A stretch of DNA of 64,000 nucleotides from a bacterium (GCA_963674595.2 CAXXFV010000029.1:167312-231311), one strand, 5' to 3'; positions 9,229-19,805 are shown, numbered from the stretch's first letter. Numbers and translations are program-made. The notes: a model not told the origin generated them from the sequence alone.

Positions 9229-10560
9229 TTAAAAAATGATATTCAAAATTGCGATAACGATAATTCCTGTCACCCCCTGCACCAGCGTAGCAAGGGTATG
9301 ACTTTTCAGGGCGTTTGCGGTATTTAATTTGGAAAACTGGGAAACAACCCAAAAGTAACTGTCGTTGGCATGTGAAACCGTCATGGCGCCTGCGCCGACA
9401 GCCAGAACGACCAGGGCTTTGTCGGCCATTCCAACGAATCCCATGGATGACAGTAAAGGAGCAAGCATGGCTGAGGTGGTAATAATAGCCACGGTGGATG
9501 AACCCTGTGCGGATTTGAGTGCAGCCGCGATAATAAAAGGCAAAAATATGCCCAAAGGCCATTGAGCCAAAGTTTGCCCAAGCACCGTGCCGATGTCCGA
9601 AGCTTTTAACACACTGCCGAAAGCGCCGCCGGCGCCGGTGATGAGTATAATAGAACCGGCACTTTTTAAACCGTCACTCACCCAGTTAAAAGAAACGGAT
9701 TTCAATTGCTGGGGCAGTAAAAAAGCCGTCAGCACGCCAATTAATAAAGCAATAATTGGATTACCTATAAAATCAAAAAAGTTTTTAAAAAATCCCGTTC
9801 CAAAGGGTGCTGTGGGGAAATCGGCAACAGATTTTAAAGAGATTAACAAAATCGGTAAAAGTATAGGAGCAAAGGTTTTCAATGCGCCGGGTTGATAGGT
9901 ATCTGCCACGGTTGAGCTGACCGGATCAGGATGTATATCGATTTTCCGGCCGATAAATTTTGCCCATAAAAGTCCGGCCAGGGCAACGGGTATGGAAACC
10001 AGCAGTCCCAATAAAATTACCAGCCCAATGTCCGCATCCAGTGCTGCGGCTGCTGCAAGGGGCCCCGGTGTGGGCGGAACAAACACATGGGTCGTGTACA
10101 AGCCGGTCCCCAGGGCAATGGTTAATATGGTTAAACTGATACCGGTGCGTCTGGCTAATGCATGGGCCAGGGACGATAAAATAACAAATCCGGAATCACA
10201 AAAAACAGGGATGGAAACGATAAAGCCGGTAATGCTCATGGCCAGGGGCGATTTTTTCTCACCGACCATTTTCAACACCACGTCCGCCATTTTACGGGCG
10301 CCGCCGCTTTTTTCCAGAAACGTACCGATTATAGTTCCGCAGGCAATGACAATACCGATGGACTTTAAGGTGCCGCCGAATCCGTTAACAATCGCGTCGA
10401 TAATTTCATTCAAGGGCAGGCGTGATACCAACCCCATGATAATGGCAGCAAATAAAAGTACCAGAAAAGGATGCAGGTTCACCTTTGAGGTCAGCACAAT
10501 GATAAAAACCATAACAAGAACGAGAAATAAAAGACTCCACAAAACCCGGTACCTCCTCAT
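9229..10560 (-). CDS. GntP family permease (gluconate/sugar-acid:H+ symporter)
   Basis: 443 aa polytopic protein. GntP-like segments: FLEKSGGARKMA, PPTPGPLAAAA, SHANDSYFWVVSQF. Confidence 0.8.
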   Translation of the reverse strand: MRRYRVLWSLLFLVLVMVFIIVLTSKVNLHPFLVLLFAAIIMGLVSRLPLNEIIDAIVNGFGGTLKSIGIVIACGTIIGTFLEKSGGARKMADVVLKMVGEKKSPLAMSITGFIVSIPVFCDSGFVILSSLAHALARRTGISLTILTIALGTGLYTTHVFVPPTPGPLAAAAALDADIGLVILLGLLVSIPVALAGLLWAKFIGRKIDIHPDPVSSTVADTYQPGALKTFAPILLPILLISLKSVADFPTAPFGTGFFKNFFDFIGNPIIALLIGVLTAFLLPQQLKSVSFNWVSDGLKSAGSIILITGAGGAFGSVLKASDIGTVLGQTLAQWPLGIFLPFIIAAALKSAQGSSTVAIITTSAMLAPLLSSMGFVGMADKALVVLAVGAGAMTVSHANDSYFWVVSQFSKLNTANALKSHTLATLVQGVTGIIVIAILNIIF

Positions 10561-10676
10561 GTTGACAGATATTTGCTAAATTGATTTCCAGTGATAATGT
10601 CGGGAATTTTTTATATAATTAAAAATATTAGTGAGTTATTTTTTATGTTATTCGGATGGATTAATTTAAAAATATA

Positions 10677-11117
10677 TCATTTCAGGTAATCTTTAATATC
10701 ATCCTTTACCAAAAGTAATATGTTTTGAATATTATGAACCAATGGTTCAATTTTTTGTGGATACAAATCTAACGCATAATTATGCGAAAAAAAATGACGA
10801 AAAGCTAAATATTCTGCCAACTGACTTTTCGTCTCTGGCAGTATAACAGCGTTTAATTCTGCAAGATTTAACAGGTCCCTGTGCCATGATGCCGTGTCTG
10901 GAATAGGTATCATTTTATCTTTTAAAATTTGCTTTAGTATATTTTCTATTCCATTATAAAAATTATGTAAAAGGGTGGCAACGCCTGCCAATTCAAGAGT
11001 GGATAATCGATGTAAAGGGATATCGAATGGAATTTCGCTCAAAAGGTTTTCAATGTGCTCAAGTTCGACCTCAATTTTCACTTTCAAACTAGCCATATAA
11101 TTGAAGCCCTTCGGCAA
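10677..11117 (-). CDS. hepT: HEPN-domain toxin (HepT/DUF86-like) of a type VII TA pair
   Basis: The R-x4-H-x-Y motif is present (FRHFFSHNY). The gene overlaps the upstream nucleotidyltransferase gene. The real start may be the second Met at 11096, which would give an 8-nt overlap. Confidence 0.75.
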   Translation of the reverse strand: MPKGFNYMASLKVKIEVELEHIENLLSEIPFDIPLHRLSTLELAGVATLLHNFYNGIENILKQILKDKMIPIPDTASWHRDLLNLAELNAVILPETKSQLAEYLAFRHFFSHNYALDLYPQKIEPLVHNIQNILLLVKDDIKDYLK

Positions 11118-11358
11118 AAATAATGTCGTTCAGTTTTGTCCTTGCATTCAGGTCAACAACATCCACAGGCCTGGACAAATTTAAAATCAATTCACCATAG
11201 AATTTAAAAAACTGAGACGCCTGCAAACCTTCAACGGCAATATCAATATCATTAGATTCGCCACTTTCATCAATACTGGAACCAAACAATAATACCCGCG
11301 AAATACCGTATTTTTTCGCGATCTCGATAATTTTTGATTTGTCCTGGGTATTTATCAT
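11089..11358 (-). CDS. mntA: Minimal nucleotidyltransferase antitoxin (MntA-like)
   Basis: 89 aa with the NTase motif LFGSS...SNDIDIAV (GS-x-n-D-x-D). Confidence 0.8.
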   Translation of the reverse strand: MINTQDKSKIIEIAKKYGISRVLLFGSSIDESGESNDIDIAVEGLQASQFFKFYGELILNLSRPVDVVDLNARTKLNDIIFAEGLQLYG

Positions 11359-11431
11359 AACTCACATCCGGTTTAAAAATATTGAAAACTGGATTTATTT
11401 TATAATATATTGATTATAAAATCATTGTTCA

Positions 11432-12028
11432 TTAATAAGTAATTGGCGGAATCGGAACACCTCTTCGAAAATAGTAGGCCCGTCCGTGATCAAAAACCAG
11501 TTGAAAAGAGACAAGCATCACATCGGCCAGCGCCTTTTTGTCCTTGTCATAGGCATCAAGCACCAAACCGACCCGGATGGTCTTTGTTTGTCCGGGTTTG
11601 ATCTCCATAGCAACCGGCATGGATTTGTCCATATCTTTAATGGCGTTTTTTAAAAGCCGGGGATCACTTTGGATGTCTGAAATTTTCGCATCAACCAGAA
11701 ACCATTTTGCTGAAATCGATTGGTCAACGACCGCTTCGCCTTTAAGTGGTATGACAAACTCGGACACATCGGACAGTTGGTCAACAGATTCCAGGGCTAT
11801 TGTTGTGGCGCCGTGATTGTCAACGGCAATTTCATAAATAGCCAAAAATCCGTTCTTGCCGGATTCCTGATCAAAAAACGGGGTTAAAAGCGAGTTGCGT
11901 TCCTGCACATCAATATGTGTCAGGGCAATTTTACGGATGATGGAGGATTGGTATAGCGTATAAACAGCAACGATTAAAGCGACGAGACTAAGAAGGAGAG
12001 CGAGATGTGATTTTATTTTTTTCATCAT
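11432..12028 (-). CDS. Hypothetical membrane-anchored protein
   Basis: 198 aa with one N-terminal TM helix (HLALLLSLVALIVAVYTLY). I recognise no other motif. Confidence 0.5.
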   Translation of the reverse strand: MMKKIKSHLALLLSLVALIVAVYTLYQSSIIRKIALTHIDVQERNSLLTPFFDQESGKNGFLAIYEIAVDNHGATTIALESVDQLSDVSEFVIPLKGEAVVDQSISAKWFLVDAKISDIQSDPRLLKNAIKDMDKSMPVAMEIKPGQTKTIRVGLVLDAYDKDKKALADVMLVSFQLVFDHGRAYYFRRGVPIPPITY

Positions 12029-12965
12029 AGTTTTTCTTCTTACCTTTTATTATTCCATTATTTTCAAGAATATGACGAATTTTTGCCTGCTCATCCACAT
12101 CTGCAACCGGAATGGGCTTGCTTGTCCATGGTTCGCATAAATCCAGCAAACTCATGGCATATTTAATTCCACCAAGAAAAGAGTGACATTCATAAACCCG
12201 CCAGATTTCATTGATTTGATTTTGCAATTCATAAACATCCGGCTTTTTTTGAATAATGTGCTCATACAGTCGCACACAATGTTCCGGTATCAGATTTGAA
12301 ATGCCATCCAAACCGCCGTCTGCACCGGAGAGTATGCCGGCCGTCCACATGTGCGATTTGCCGATGAAAACCATAAAATCCGGCCGCTGTTTTTTTATCT
12401 CAATCAGGTCCAGCAAAAACACAAAATCAGCGGAACTGTCTTTAATTCCGACTATATTTTCAACCTGGGCCAGCCGCGAGACGGTATCAACACTCAGGGG
12501 CGCCTTGGTGGTAAAGGGTATATTATATAACATTAAAGGTAAGAAAGTTTCCTGAGCAATCAAATTAAAAAATTCATACAATTCCTGCTGAGATGACGGC
12601 GGAAAATAATAGGAAGGATGAACAACAACAACATCGGCGCCGGAATTTTCAACCCATTTTAACTGCTCACGTACCCGTTTTAAACTGGTTTCACTGATAC
12701 CGGCATAAACAGGAATTTTGCCGCCAACCACCTCAATTGTAATTTGCAGTACCTGTTTTTTTTCATCATCCGTCAGACAAACCCCTTCCCCTGTTGTGCT
12801 GTTTACAAAAACACCGTTTACTTTTGCCTTTAACAAATGCTGCAATATTTTTACAAGCGACTTTTCGTCAATTTTCTCAGATGATGTTAAAGGTGTAACA
12901 ACCGGAACAACAATTCCCCGAAACGACTGCCGTCTTTTTCTCAAACTCAACCTCCATAAAAACAT
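11988..12965 (-). CDS. Dihydrodipicolinate synthase / N-acetylneuraminate lyase family protein
   Basis: Motifs GIVVPVVTPL, NSTTGEG, LYNIP, and the Schiff-base Lys context VGIKDSS. Confidence 0.75.
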   Translation of the reverse strand: MFLWRLSLRKRRQSFRGIVVPVVTPLTSSEKIDEKSLVKILQHLLKAKVNGVFVNSTTGEGVCLTDDEKKQVLQITIEVVGGKIPVYAGISETSLKRVREQLKWVENSGADVVVVHPSYYFPPSSQQELYEFFNLIAQETFLPLMLYNIPFTTKAPLSVDTVSRLAQVENIVGIKDSSADFVFLLDLIEIKKQRPDFMVFIGKSHMWTAGILSGADGGLDGISNLIPEHCVRLYEHIIQKKPDVYELQNQINEIWRVYECHSFLGGIKYAMSLLDLCEPWTSKPIPVADVDEQAKIRHILENNGIIKGKKKNYDEKNKITSRSPS

Positions 12966-13088
12966 CTATGAAAACGATTGCATAAAATTTCAAAAAAAAC
13001 TCAAACCTCACGAATAAATAGTTAAACCCCTCATGTATAAATTTAAAAACCGGGCATGTTAAAATCAATTCTTAACACGCCATAGCTT

Positions 13089-14072
13089 TTATAAACCAAG
13101 CAAACGCCTGTAATAAACTCGAATACTGTTTACACCTTCCTCTGTAAAACGTGGACCTTTTACACGGGTTATTAATTTAAAAGGAAAACCCAGTTCCTGC
13201 AAAATAATTTTTGCGCTCATGGGCCAGTAAACCGGAGCCAGGGCATAACAGGCATCCAGCAACTGGAACTGGATTTGACGGGCGCCGACAATATCGCCCT
13301 GCTCAAATTTCACCTGCAACTCGTTCATCAGGTTCGGATAAAAATTGCCGCCGCCGCCGACACAACCGACAGCGCCCAGGCACAAATCCTGTAAATAAAC
13401 CGTCTCGGCACCGGAAAAGATGGAAATTTCTTCGCCCACGGCCCGTGTCATATCAGCCATTCTCACGCCATCAACCGTGCGGTATTTTATGGCAACAAGC
13501 CTGTCACCAACGGCATCGAGCAGGCGCCGCATCAGCGATGGTGTTGCCGCGTGGGGGCCTTCTCCACGGGGATCATACATCATAACAGGACAACGGGTAA
13601 CGTCAAAAATTTGTTTATAATAGTTAAATATGGCGTCTTCGGTGCCTTCAATATTGTCCGGCATAACAACATGAATGCCGTCCACATTATTTTTATCGGC
13701 ATATTTTGCCAGTTCCAGCACATCTTCCAGCTTTTCAGCGCCCACGCCGGCCATAACAAATTTCCGGCCCTGAGAAGCGGTCATGGCAATGTCCATAATC
13801 TTTTTTCGTTCATCAACCTTTAACGTCAAATACTCGCTGGACCCTCCCATGGGATAGAGCATGCCTGTTTCCTGGGTGCACAGCCAGGAAATAAACAGTT
13901 CCAGCAGGTCAAAATCAATAGATTCATCTTCGTTAAAGGGCATAACAACAGGTGGTAAAACACCTCTGTATTTGCTGTGACATTCGTTTTTCATCGGGTT
14001 TCTCGATTTTCTGTTCCAGTTATAAATGCACATCATTTCTATTATTACAAGATATAAAAATATCGTTTGCAC
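13089..14072 (-). CDS. DHDPS/NAL-family protein, divergent
   Basis: GVLPPVVMPF...GGSSEY...MMYD...VAIKY follows the family layout with atypical residues. The likely true start is the Met at 13994 (MKNECHSKYRG). Confidence 0.6.
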   Translation of the reverse strand: MQTIFLYLVIIEMMCIYNWNRKSRNPMKNECHSKYRGVLPPVVMPFNEDESIDFDLLELFISWLCTQETGMLYPMGGSSEYLTLKVDERKKIMDIAMTASQGRKFVMAGVGAEKLEDVLELAKYADKNNVDGIHVVMPDNIEGTEDAIFNYYKQIFDVTRCPVMMYDPRGEGPHAATPSLMRRLLDAVGDRLVAIKYRTVDGVRMADMTRAVGEEISIFSGAETVYLQDLCLGAVGCVGGGGNFYPNLMNELQVKFEQGDIVGARQIQFQLLDACYALAPVYWPMSAKIILQELGFPFKLITRVKGPRFTEEGVNSIRVYYRRLLGL

Positions 14073-14150
14073 GCAAGAAAAATAAATAATTATTGCAAAA
14101 AAAATTTGAAAATGCTTGCCGTAATTTAACGCCGGTTATAAAAGCTTGTC

Positions 14151-15497
14151 TTGGTTTCTAAAAAAAAATTGCTTAAATTTATTGATTTTGAAATTTTGAT
14201 AGCAAGAAAGAACCTAGTGGCACAAAAAAAAATAATAATTATCGGAGGCGGCGCTTCAGGACTTTTTGCGGCAGGTTGTGCAGCTATGAACGGTGCAAAT
14301 GTTCTTGTGCTGGAAAAAAAAGACCGTCCCGGTAGAAAACTGTTAATTACCGGCAAAGGACGCTGCAACATAACCAATACCGCTCCCCTGCCGGAGTTTA
14401 TAAACCATTTCGGCAAAAACGGACGTTTTCTCAGACAGTCTTTTAACGTTTTTTTCAACAACGATCTTGTTGAATTTTTCAAGTCCATTGGCGTGGCGAC
14501 GACTACTGAACGCGGCGGACGGATTTTCCCGACCAGCAGCGAAGCCAAAGATATTGTCGACGCACTGGTGAAATGGAACCACGGCCTTGGTGTACGTATA
14601 AAAAACAGTCTCACGGTTGAAAAGCTGCTGATTGATAACAACCGCATCATCGGCGTGTCCGCTTATCCGACAGCTTCAAGGTCCGATAAACAGCCGCCAA
14701 AAACATCGGTTGATTTTTTTGCGGATGCCGTTATCCTGGCGGCCGGCGGGTCTTCCTATCCGGCAACAGGTTCCAACGGCGCCGGCATCAAACTGGCGGC
14801 ACAGGCTGGCCACACGATTGTTCCGGTACGTCCGGCGCTGGTGCCGATTATCACAGCCGGTACCTTGGCGCAGCAGTTACAGGGACTCAGTTTAAAGAAC
14901 GTTACGGCAACGTTGTGGATTGATAACAAAAAAGGCCATCAGGATTTTGGTGAAATGCTTTTCACCCATTACGGCCTGTCCGGACCCATTATTCTGTCCC
15001 TCAGCCGAAGGGTGGTCGATGCCCTGGCCGCAGGTTCACAGGTGGAAATTTCCATCGATTTAAAACCGGCCCTGGATGAACAAAAACTGGATGCCCGTCT
15101 TTTAAGGGATTTTGATGCCTCGGGCAAAAAACAGTTCCAATCCATTTTAAAAGGTCTGTTGCCGCAAAAGATGATTTCGGTGTGCTGCGAATGCACGCAG
15201 ATCCCGCCGGACCTGTCTGCCGGACAAATATCCGCCAAACAGCGCAAACGTCTTTTAAACTGGCTCAAGGACGTTCGTTTTAAAGTCACAGGTCACCGTG
15301 ATTTTAACGAAGCCATTATTACAGCCGGGGGCATTGAAACAAAAGAAATAAATCCGCGTACTATGGAGTCGCGACTTGTAAACGGACTCTATTTAGCGGG
15401 AGAAGTCATAGACATAGATGCAGACACAGGCGGTTTTAATTTACAGGCCGCTTTTTCAACCGGCCGGCTGGCCGGATATGCAGCATCCCAACATTAA
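14151..15497 (+). CDS. NAD(P)/FAD-dependent oxidoreductase, HI0933/BaiN-like flavoprotein
   Basis: Dinucleotide fold IIIIGGGASGLFAAG and a C-terminal LYLAGEVIDIDADTGGFNLQ motif. The true start may be GTG at 14217. Confidence 0.75.
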   Translation: MVSKKKLLKFIDFEILIARKNLVAQKKIIIIGGGASGLFAAGCAAMNGANVLVLEKKDRPGRKLLITGKGRCNITNTAPLPEFINHFGKNGRFLRQSFNVFFNNDLVEFFKSIGVATTTERGGRIFPTSSEAKDIVDALVKWNHGLGVRIKNSLTVEKLLIDNNRIIGVSAYPTASRSDKQPPKTSVDFFADAVILAAGGSSYPATGSNGAGIKLAAQAGHTIVPVRPALVPIITAGTLAQQLQGLSLKNVTATLWIDNKKGHQDFGEMLFTHYGLSGPIILSLSRRVVDALAAGSQVEISIDLKPALDEQKLDARLLRDFDASGKKQFQSILKGLLPQKMISVCCECTQIPPDLSAGQISAKQRKRLLNWLKDVRFKVTGHRDFNEAIITAGGIETKEINPRTMESRLVNGLYLAGEVIDIDADTGGFNLQAAFSTGRLAGYAASQH

Positions 15498-15518
15498 ATT
15501 TTCACAAAAAGGAAGTAT

Positions 15519-17351
15519 ATGCGTAAAAATGAATTTAGAAATATCGCCATTATTGCCCACGTAGACCACGGCAAAACCACCCTTGTGGACGCCATGCTGC
15601 GGCAAAGTGGTATTTTCCGGGAAAACCAGCAAGTGGAAGAACGGATTATGGACTCTATGGACCTGGAACGGGAACGCGGTATTACCATTATGGCAAAAAA
15701 TACTGCGGTCATGTACCAGGACATAAAAATCAACATTGTCGATACACCGGGTCACGCCGATTTTGGCGGTGAAGTGGAACGAAGCCTGAACCTGGTGGAC
15801 GGCGCGTTGCTGCTGGTGGATGCCAGTGAAGGCCCCCTGCCGCAAACACGGTTTGTGGTAAAAAAGGCGCTGGACAAAAACCTGCCCATCATCCTGGTGA
15901 TTAATAAAATCGACCGTAACGATGCCAGAATTGAAGAGGTGATTAATGAAGTTTACGATCTGTTTATTGAACTGGATGCCAACGACGAACAGATCGAGTT
16001 TCCCATACTTTATACAAATGCTAAAGCCGGCACGGCCCAAACCGATTTGAACGAACCGTCCGATTCTTTAAAACCGCTTTTTGAAACCATTATTTCACGA
16101 ATTGCCGGTCCGGAAGCAGATGACGCCGCTGCAACACAGTTCCTTGTCACCAATCTGGATTATGACTCTTATGTCGGTCAGGTTGCCATCGGACGGCTGT
16201 TTAACGGCACACTGGAAATGAACAAAGGTTATACACTCTGCGGTGAACACGCAAACACCCCCGGTATAAAACTGTCCGTGCTTTATACGTTTCAGGAACT
16301 GTCCAAAAGACAGGTACAGTCCGTGGTATCCGGTGATATTATTGCCCTGGCCGGAATTGCCGATATAAAAATCGGTGACACCATTTCAAACCTCGAAGAC
16401 CCCAAACCCCTGCCGCGTATCAAAGTGGATGAACCCACGGTTTCCATGATTTTTTATGTCAACAACAGTCCTTTTGCCGGCCGGGAAGGGAATTTTGTTA
16501 CCTCCCGTCAGTTGCGCCAGCGACTGGAAAAAGAGCAGATGGGCAACGTGGCCATCGATTTGAAAATGACGGACCGTCCCGATGCTTTTGAAGTATGCGG
16601 ACGCGGAGAACTGCAAATGGCCGTTTTGATTGAAACCATGCGCCGCGAAGGATACGAGTTTATGGTGTCCAAACCCCAGGTTATTACCAAAGAAATTAAC
16701 GGCAAAACCTGTGAGCCGGTGGAACGCGCCTTTGTCGATGTGCCGGAAGAGTTTGTGGGTATTGTGACTGAAAAATTGTCCACACGTAAAGGCCGCATGA
16801 TCAATTTGCACAACAACGGCAACGGACGTATCGATCTGGAATTTATCATTCCCTCACGCGGACTGATCGGTTTTCGCAGCCATTTTCTCACAGACACCAA
16901 AGGGTCCGGTGTGTTTAACACCATATTCGAAGGACACGAACCCTGGTTCGGTCCCATTCCCCAGCGTGCCAGCGGCGCCCTGGTGGCCGATCGCACCGGT
17001 CGTGTTACCATGTACGCCTGTCTCGCCATGGTGGACCGCGGCGAACTGTTTGTGCAGGTGGGTTCCGACGTATATGGCGGCATGGTTATCGGCGAACGCA
17101 ACCGCAACGGCGATCTGGACGTAAACATAACCAAGGAGAAAAAGCTGACCAACATGCGCAGCTCCACGGCCGAAGCCACAGTGACCTTGCGCCCGCCACG
17201 GCCCCTGTCTCTGGACCAGCAGATAGAGTTTATCGCCGAAGATGAACTGGTGGAAATAACCCCAAAAAATCTGCGGCTGCGCAAAATTGAACTGGACAAC
17301 GCCAAACGCGCCGCCCTGCGCAAAAAAGAAAAATACGGCGACAGCGAATAG
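15519..17351 (+). CDS. typA: Translational GTPase TypA/BipA
   Basis: 610 aa. [31 protein letters not shown], and NKID G-motifs, with a BipA-type C-terminal domain. Confidence 0.92.
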   Translation: MRKNEFRNIAIIAHVDHGKTTLVDAMLRQSGIFRENQQVEERIMDSMDLERERGITIMAKNTAVMYQDIKINIVDTPGHADFGGEVERSLNLVDGALLLVDASEGPLPQTRFVVKKALDKNLPIILVINKIDRNDARIEEVINEVYDLFIELDANDEQIEFPILYTNAKAGTAQTDLNEPSDSLKPLFETIISRIAGPEADDAAATQFLVTNLDYDSYVGQVAIGRLFNGTLEMNKGYTLCGEHANTPGIKLSVLYTFQELSKRQVQSVVSGDIIALAGIADIKIGDTISNLEDPKPLPRIKVDEPTVSMIFYVNNSPFAGREGNFVTSRQLRQRLEKEQMGNVAIDLKMTDRPDAFEVCGRGELQMAVLIETMRREGYEFMVSKPQVITKEINGKTCEPVERAFVDVPEEFVGIVTEKLSTRKGRMINLHNNGNGRIDLEFIIPSRGLIGFRSHFLTDTKGSGVFNTIFEGHEPWFGPIPQRASGALVADRTGRVTMYACLAMVDRGELFVQVGSDVYGGMVIGERNRNGDLDVNITKEKKLTNMRSSTAEATVTLRPPRPLSLDQQIEFIAEDELVEITPKNLRLRKIELDNAKRAALRKKEKYGDSE

Positions 17352-17383
17352 ATTTTACCGCATCACTTACACATCATCACCTG

Positions 17384-17429
17384 CGGGTTTTGCCTCCCCC
17401 CTGTTTTGCTTACTGGGAGCCAAAACCCG
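17384..17429 (+). terminator. Strong hairpin downstream of typA (possible terminator; weak T-tract)
   Basis: cgggttttgcctccc / gggagccaaaacccg forms a 15-bp stem with one mismatch and a 16-nt loop. It is followed by tacggtttatt. Confidence 0.45.
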
Positions 17430-17651
17430 TACGGTTTATTATCCCCTGTACATTATCAACACACTTTCCCCGAACCGGCACTCTCAATAGATTAAAAAAC
17501 CTCAATTACCCCTTGCGCGGGTTTAAAATTATTTGTAAAATAAATTAACGGGGCAAAGGACGTTTGTCCTGTTTTTCCACTATTATTTTTGGGTTCGAGA
17601 TATATAAAAAAATGATTATGTCCTATTAGAAATTAAACTCCTGTTGTATCT

Positions 17652-18296
17652 TTGTCATATTTAATGGAGGAAAGAATTATGATTATTCGCAAAAGGCCAG
17701 GATTTAGGAGTACGGATAGCAGCATATATCTTGTAAACATAGGAACAAACAATCAAGCTGAAAAGAGCCAGCCTTCCGGGCACCTTAAAAAATCAGCATT
17801 TATACACGGGAGAAAAATTTTGACAAGGGGTATACTTTTTGTGTTTGTGCTCATTTTTTGCAGTTATTTCAATTATTTACGCGGATATAATATTGGAGTA
17901 TCATATACATTAATTCAAGCGGAGATTATAAATAAAGATAATTCTCCAATTGAAATTATGGAATATACCGCCAGTATCTCACATGGCGATAATCCTTCTT
18001 ATAATAACGGACTCAAACTTTACAACAAAAGTAATAAAAAAATTATACGTTTTGATATTCAATTTAAACTTTACGATGTTTATGGTGAACTTTTAGAGAC
18101 ATTAATAGGATATAGTACCAAGCCTATCGAAGGTGGCAATTTTTTAACAACTGATTGGTGTTTTGAAGAAAATATAGAAAATGAAGGTACCTTTATAAGT
18201 TTAAGAAGAGACGTCTCAACCGGGCACAAAACATTTGCAAGCGTTTCAAGACTTGCCTTTGAAGACGGTACGATTTGGCAGGCAGATTCAAACTGA
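17652..18296 (+). CDS. Hypothetical membrane-anchored protein with FxLYD-like domain
   Basis: One TM helix (ILFVFVLIFCSYF). The C-terminal domain contains FKLYDVYGE. Confidence 0.45.
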   Translation: MSYLMEERIMIIRKRPGFRSTDSSIYLVNIGTNNQAEKSQPSGHLKKSAFIHGRKILTRGILFVFVLIFCSYFNYLRGYNIGVSYTLIQAEIINKDNSPIEIMEYTASISHGDNPSYNNGLKLYNKSNKKIIRFDIQFKLYDVYGELLETLIGYSTKPIEGGNFLTTDWCFEENIENEGTFISLRRDVSTGHKTFASVSRLAFEDGTIWQADSN

Positions 18297-18364
18297 TAAG
18301 GATTATTTCCTCGCCACGGAGATAGTGCCGTGTTATTCCTGTGAAACAGGAATCCAGATAAAAG

Positions 18365-18415
18365 CAGGGTGCTGGTTATGCCGCACCATTCGGAGATCCA
18401 TAAAATAAATACAGT
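18365..18415 (+). repeat. Upstream hairpin motif, copy 1 (cagggtgc-N-gcaccatt ... aaataaataca)
   Basis: cagggtgctggttatgccgcaccattcggagatccataaaataaatacag. Related copies lie at 23999, 26658 and 63038, all upstream of + strand secreted-protein genes. Confidence 0.6.
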
Positions 18416-18516
18416 TCAGTGGTGAAGCAAAACTACACCCTGCAACTTAGCAGGCGATATTGTAATACTTATCTTTGAACTTGAGAAAAGGGCCAAAAAT
18501 ATTAAATTAGTCTATT

Positions 18517-18840
18517 ATGAAAAATGGAGGCCCAATGAGCAAACGAAGACGCTTTACTGCTGAAGAAAAAGTCCAAATTTTAAGAGAACATTTAGAAAAT
18601 AAGATCAGCATATCCGAAATAGCTAAACAATATAATATTCATCCTGTAGTTATACACAGATGGAAAAAAGAGCTCTTTGAAAATGCGCTTGACGGTTTTT
18701 CCGGCAAACATAAAAAGCGTAAAGGAAAATCTGTCAAAGAAGAACGTCTTGAAACCAAAGTCAGCAAAATGCAGGAAGTCATCACCGAACTCTCCACAGA
18801 GGTCGTTGATTTGCGAAAAAAGTATTTTGGGGCAACCTGA
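18517..18840 (+). CDS. IS3 transposase OrfA (HTH)
   Basis: 107 aa. RRRFTAEEKVQILRE...ISEIAKQYNIHPVVIHRWKK is a typical IS3 OrfA helix-turn-helix, followed by a leucine-zipper-like tail. Confidence 0.85.
   Translation: MKNGGPMSKRRRFTAEEKVQILREHLENKISISEIAKQYNIHPVVIHRWKKELFENALDGFSGKHKKRKGKSVKEERLETKVSKMQEVITELSTEVVDLRKKYFGAT
18816..18822 (+). promoter_or_regulatory. Programmed -1 ribosomal frameshift heptamer A AAA AAG
   Basis: In the orfA frame the codons read CGA AAA AAG. The -1 frame is open from here into orfB (KKVFWGNLKKTWVAPD...). Confidence 0.6.
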
Positions 18841-18878
18841 AAAAGACATGGGTTGCTCCTGATGTTAGAGATGATGTT

Positions 18879-19805
18879 TTGTCTTCTCTGCAAACGTTAA
18901 CGGCAAAGACCGGTGTTCCTTTGAGTTTATTACTCAAGACCATTGGTTTGTCCTGGACCCGGTACTATGACTGGCAAAAACGTTTTGGTCAACCAAATCA
19001 ACATAACAGCGACACACCTCGCAGCTTTTGGCTGGAACCGTGGGAGTGTCAACGTATCATAAAATACAAAAAGGAACATATGCAGATCGGCTATAAACGA
19101 CTGACCTATATGATGCTTGATGAAAATGTTGTTGCTGTGAGCCCGTCAACGACCTATCGTATTCTGCGGAACGCCGGACTCACAAGTCAATGGAATAACA
19201 GTACGTTACAATCAAATAAGAAAGGCTTTATTCAACCCAAAAGACCGCATCAGCATTGGCATATAGATATTTCCTATATTGCCTTTCATGGTTCGCATCT
19301 CTTTTTGATTTCTGTACTGGACGGATTTTCAAGATTTATCGTTCACCATGAATTAAGAACTCATATGCAGGAATATGATGTCGAGATTGTACTGCAAAGA
19401 GCTTTGGAAAAATATCCAAATGAAAAACCTCGAATTATTTCCGATAATGGTTCACAGTTTATTGCCAATGACTTTAAATCTTTTTTAAGGTTAAATAATT
19501 TGACGCACGTTCGAACTTCGATTAATCATCCACAGTCGAATGGTAAAATTGAAGCTTTTCATAAAATCATTAAAAATGAATGCACCCGAATTCAAAGTAT
19601 GATTAATCTGGAGGATGCCAGAAATAAAGTCGTACTTTATATCCATCAATACAACTATAACCGGTTACACAGTGCTATTGGATTTATTACACCATTTGAC
19701 AAATTATCAGGAAAAGCTGATAGTATTTTCAAAGAACGTGATATGAAACTTGAACAAGCCCGCCAAAGAAGGCAGGAAAACAATAAAATTATAAAGGCAG
19801 CTTAA
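18879..19805 (+). CDS. IS3 transposase OrfB (DDE/rve integrase core)
   Basis: DDE residues lie in HWHIDISY, IISDNGSQF and NGKIEAFHKIIKNE. Confidence 0.85.
   Translation: MSSLQTLTAKTGVPLSLLLKTIGLSWTRYYDWQKRFGQPNQHNSDTPRSFWLEPWECQRIIKYKKEHMQIGYKRLTYMMLDENVVAVSPSTTYRILRNAGLTSQWNNSTLQSNKKGFIQPKRPHQHWHIDISYIAFHGSHLFLISVLDGFSRFIVHHELRTHMQEYDVEIVLQRALEKYPNEKPRIISDNGSQFIANDFKSFLRLNNLTHVRTSINHPQSNGKIEAFHKIIKNECTRIQSMINLEDARNKVVLYIHQYNYNRLHSAIGFITPFDKLSGKADSIFKERDMKLEQARQRRQENNKIIKAA

Noticed and set aside
16508-17323. 271-aa ORF antisense to typA, and similar long antisense ORFs (14126..14650, 15456..16040, 41297..41896, 41611..42039, 9992..10579)
   Set aside because: These lie entirely within well-supported genes on the opposite strand. 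They have low-complexity, Arg/Ser/Pro-rich composition typical of shadow ORFs.
17585-17605. tRNA-like T-arm sequence gggttcgag
   Set aside because: No acceptor-stem complement, D-arm or anticodon-arm can be drawn around it. The surrounding sequence is AT-rich spacer.
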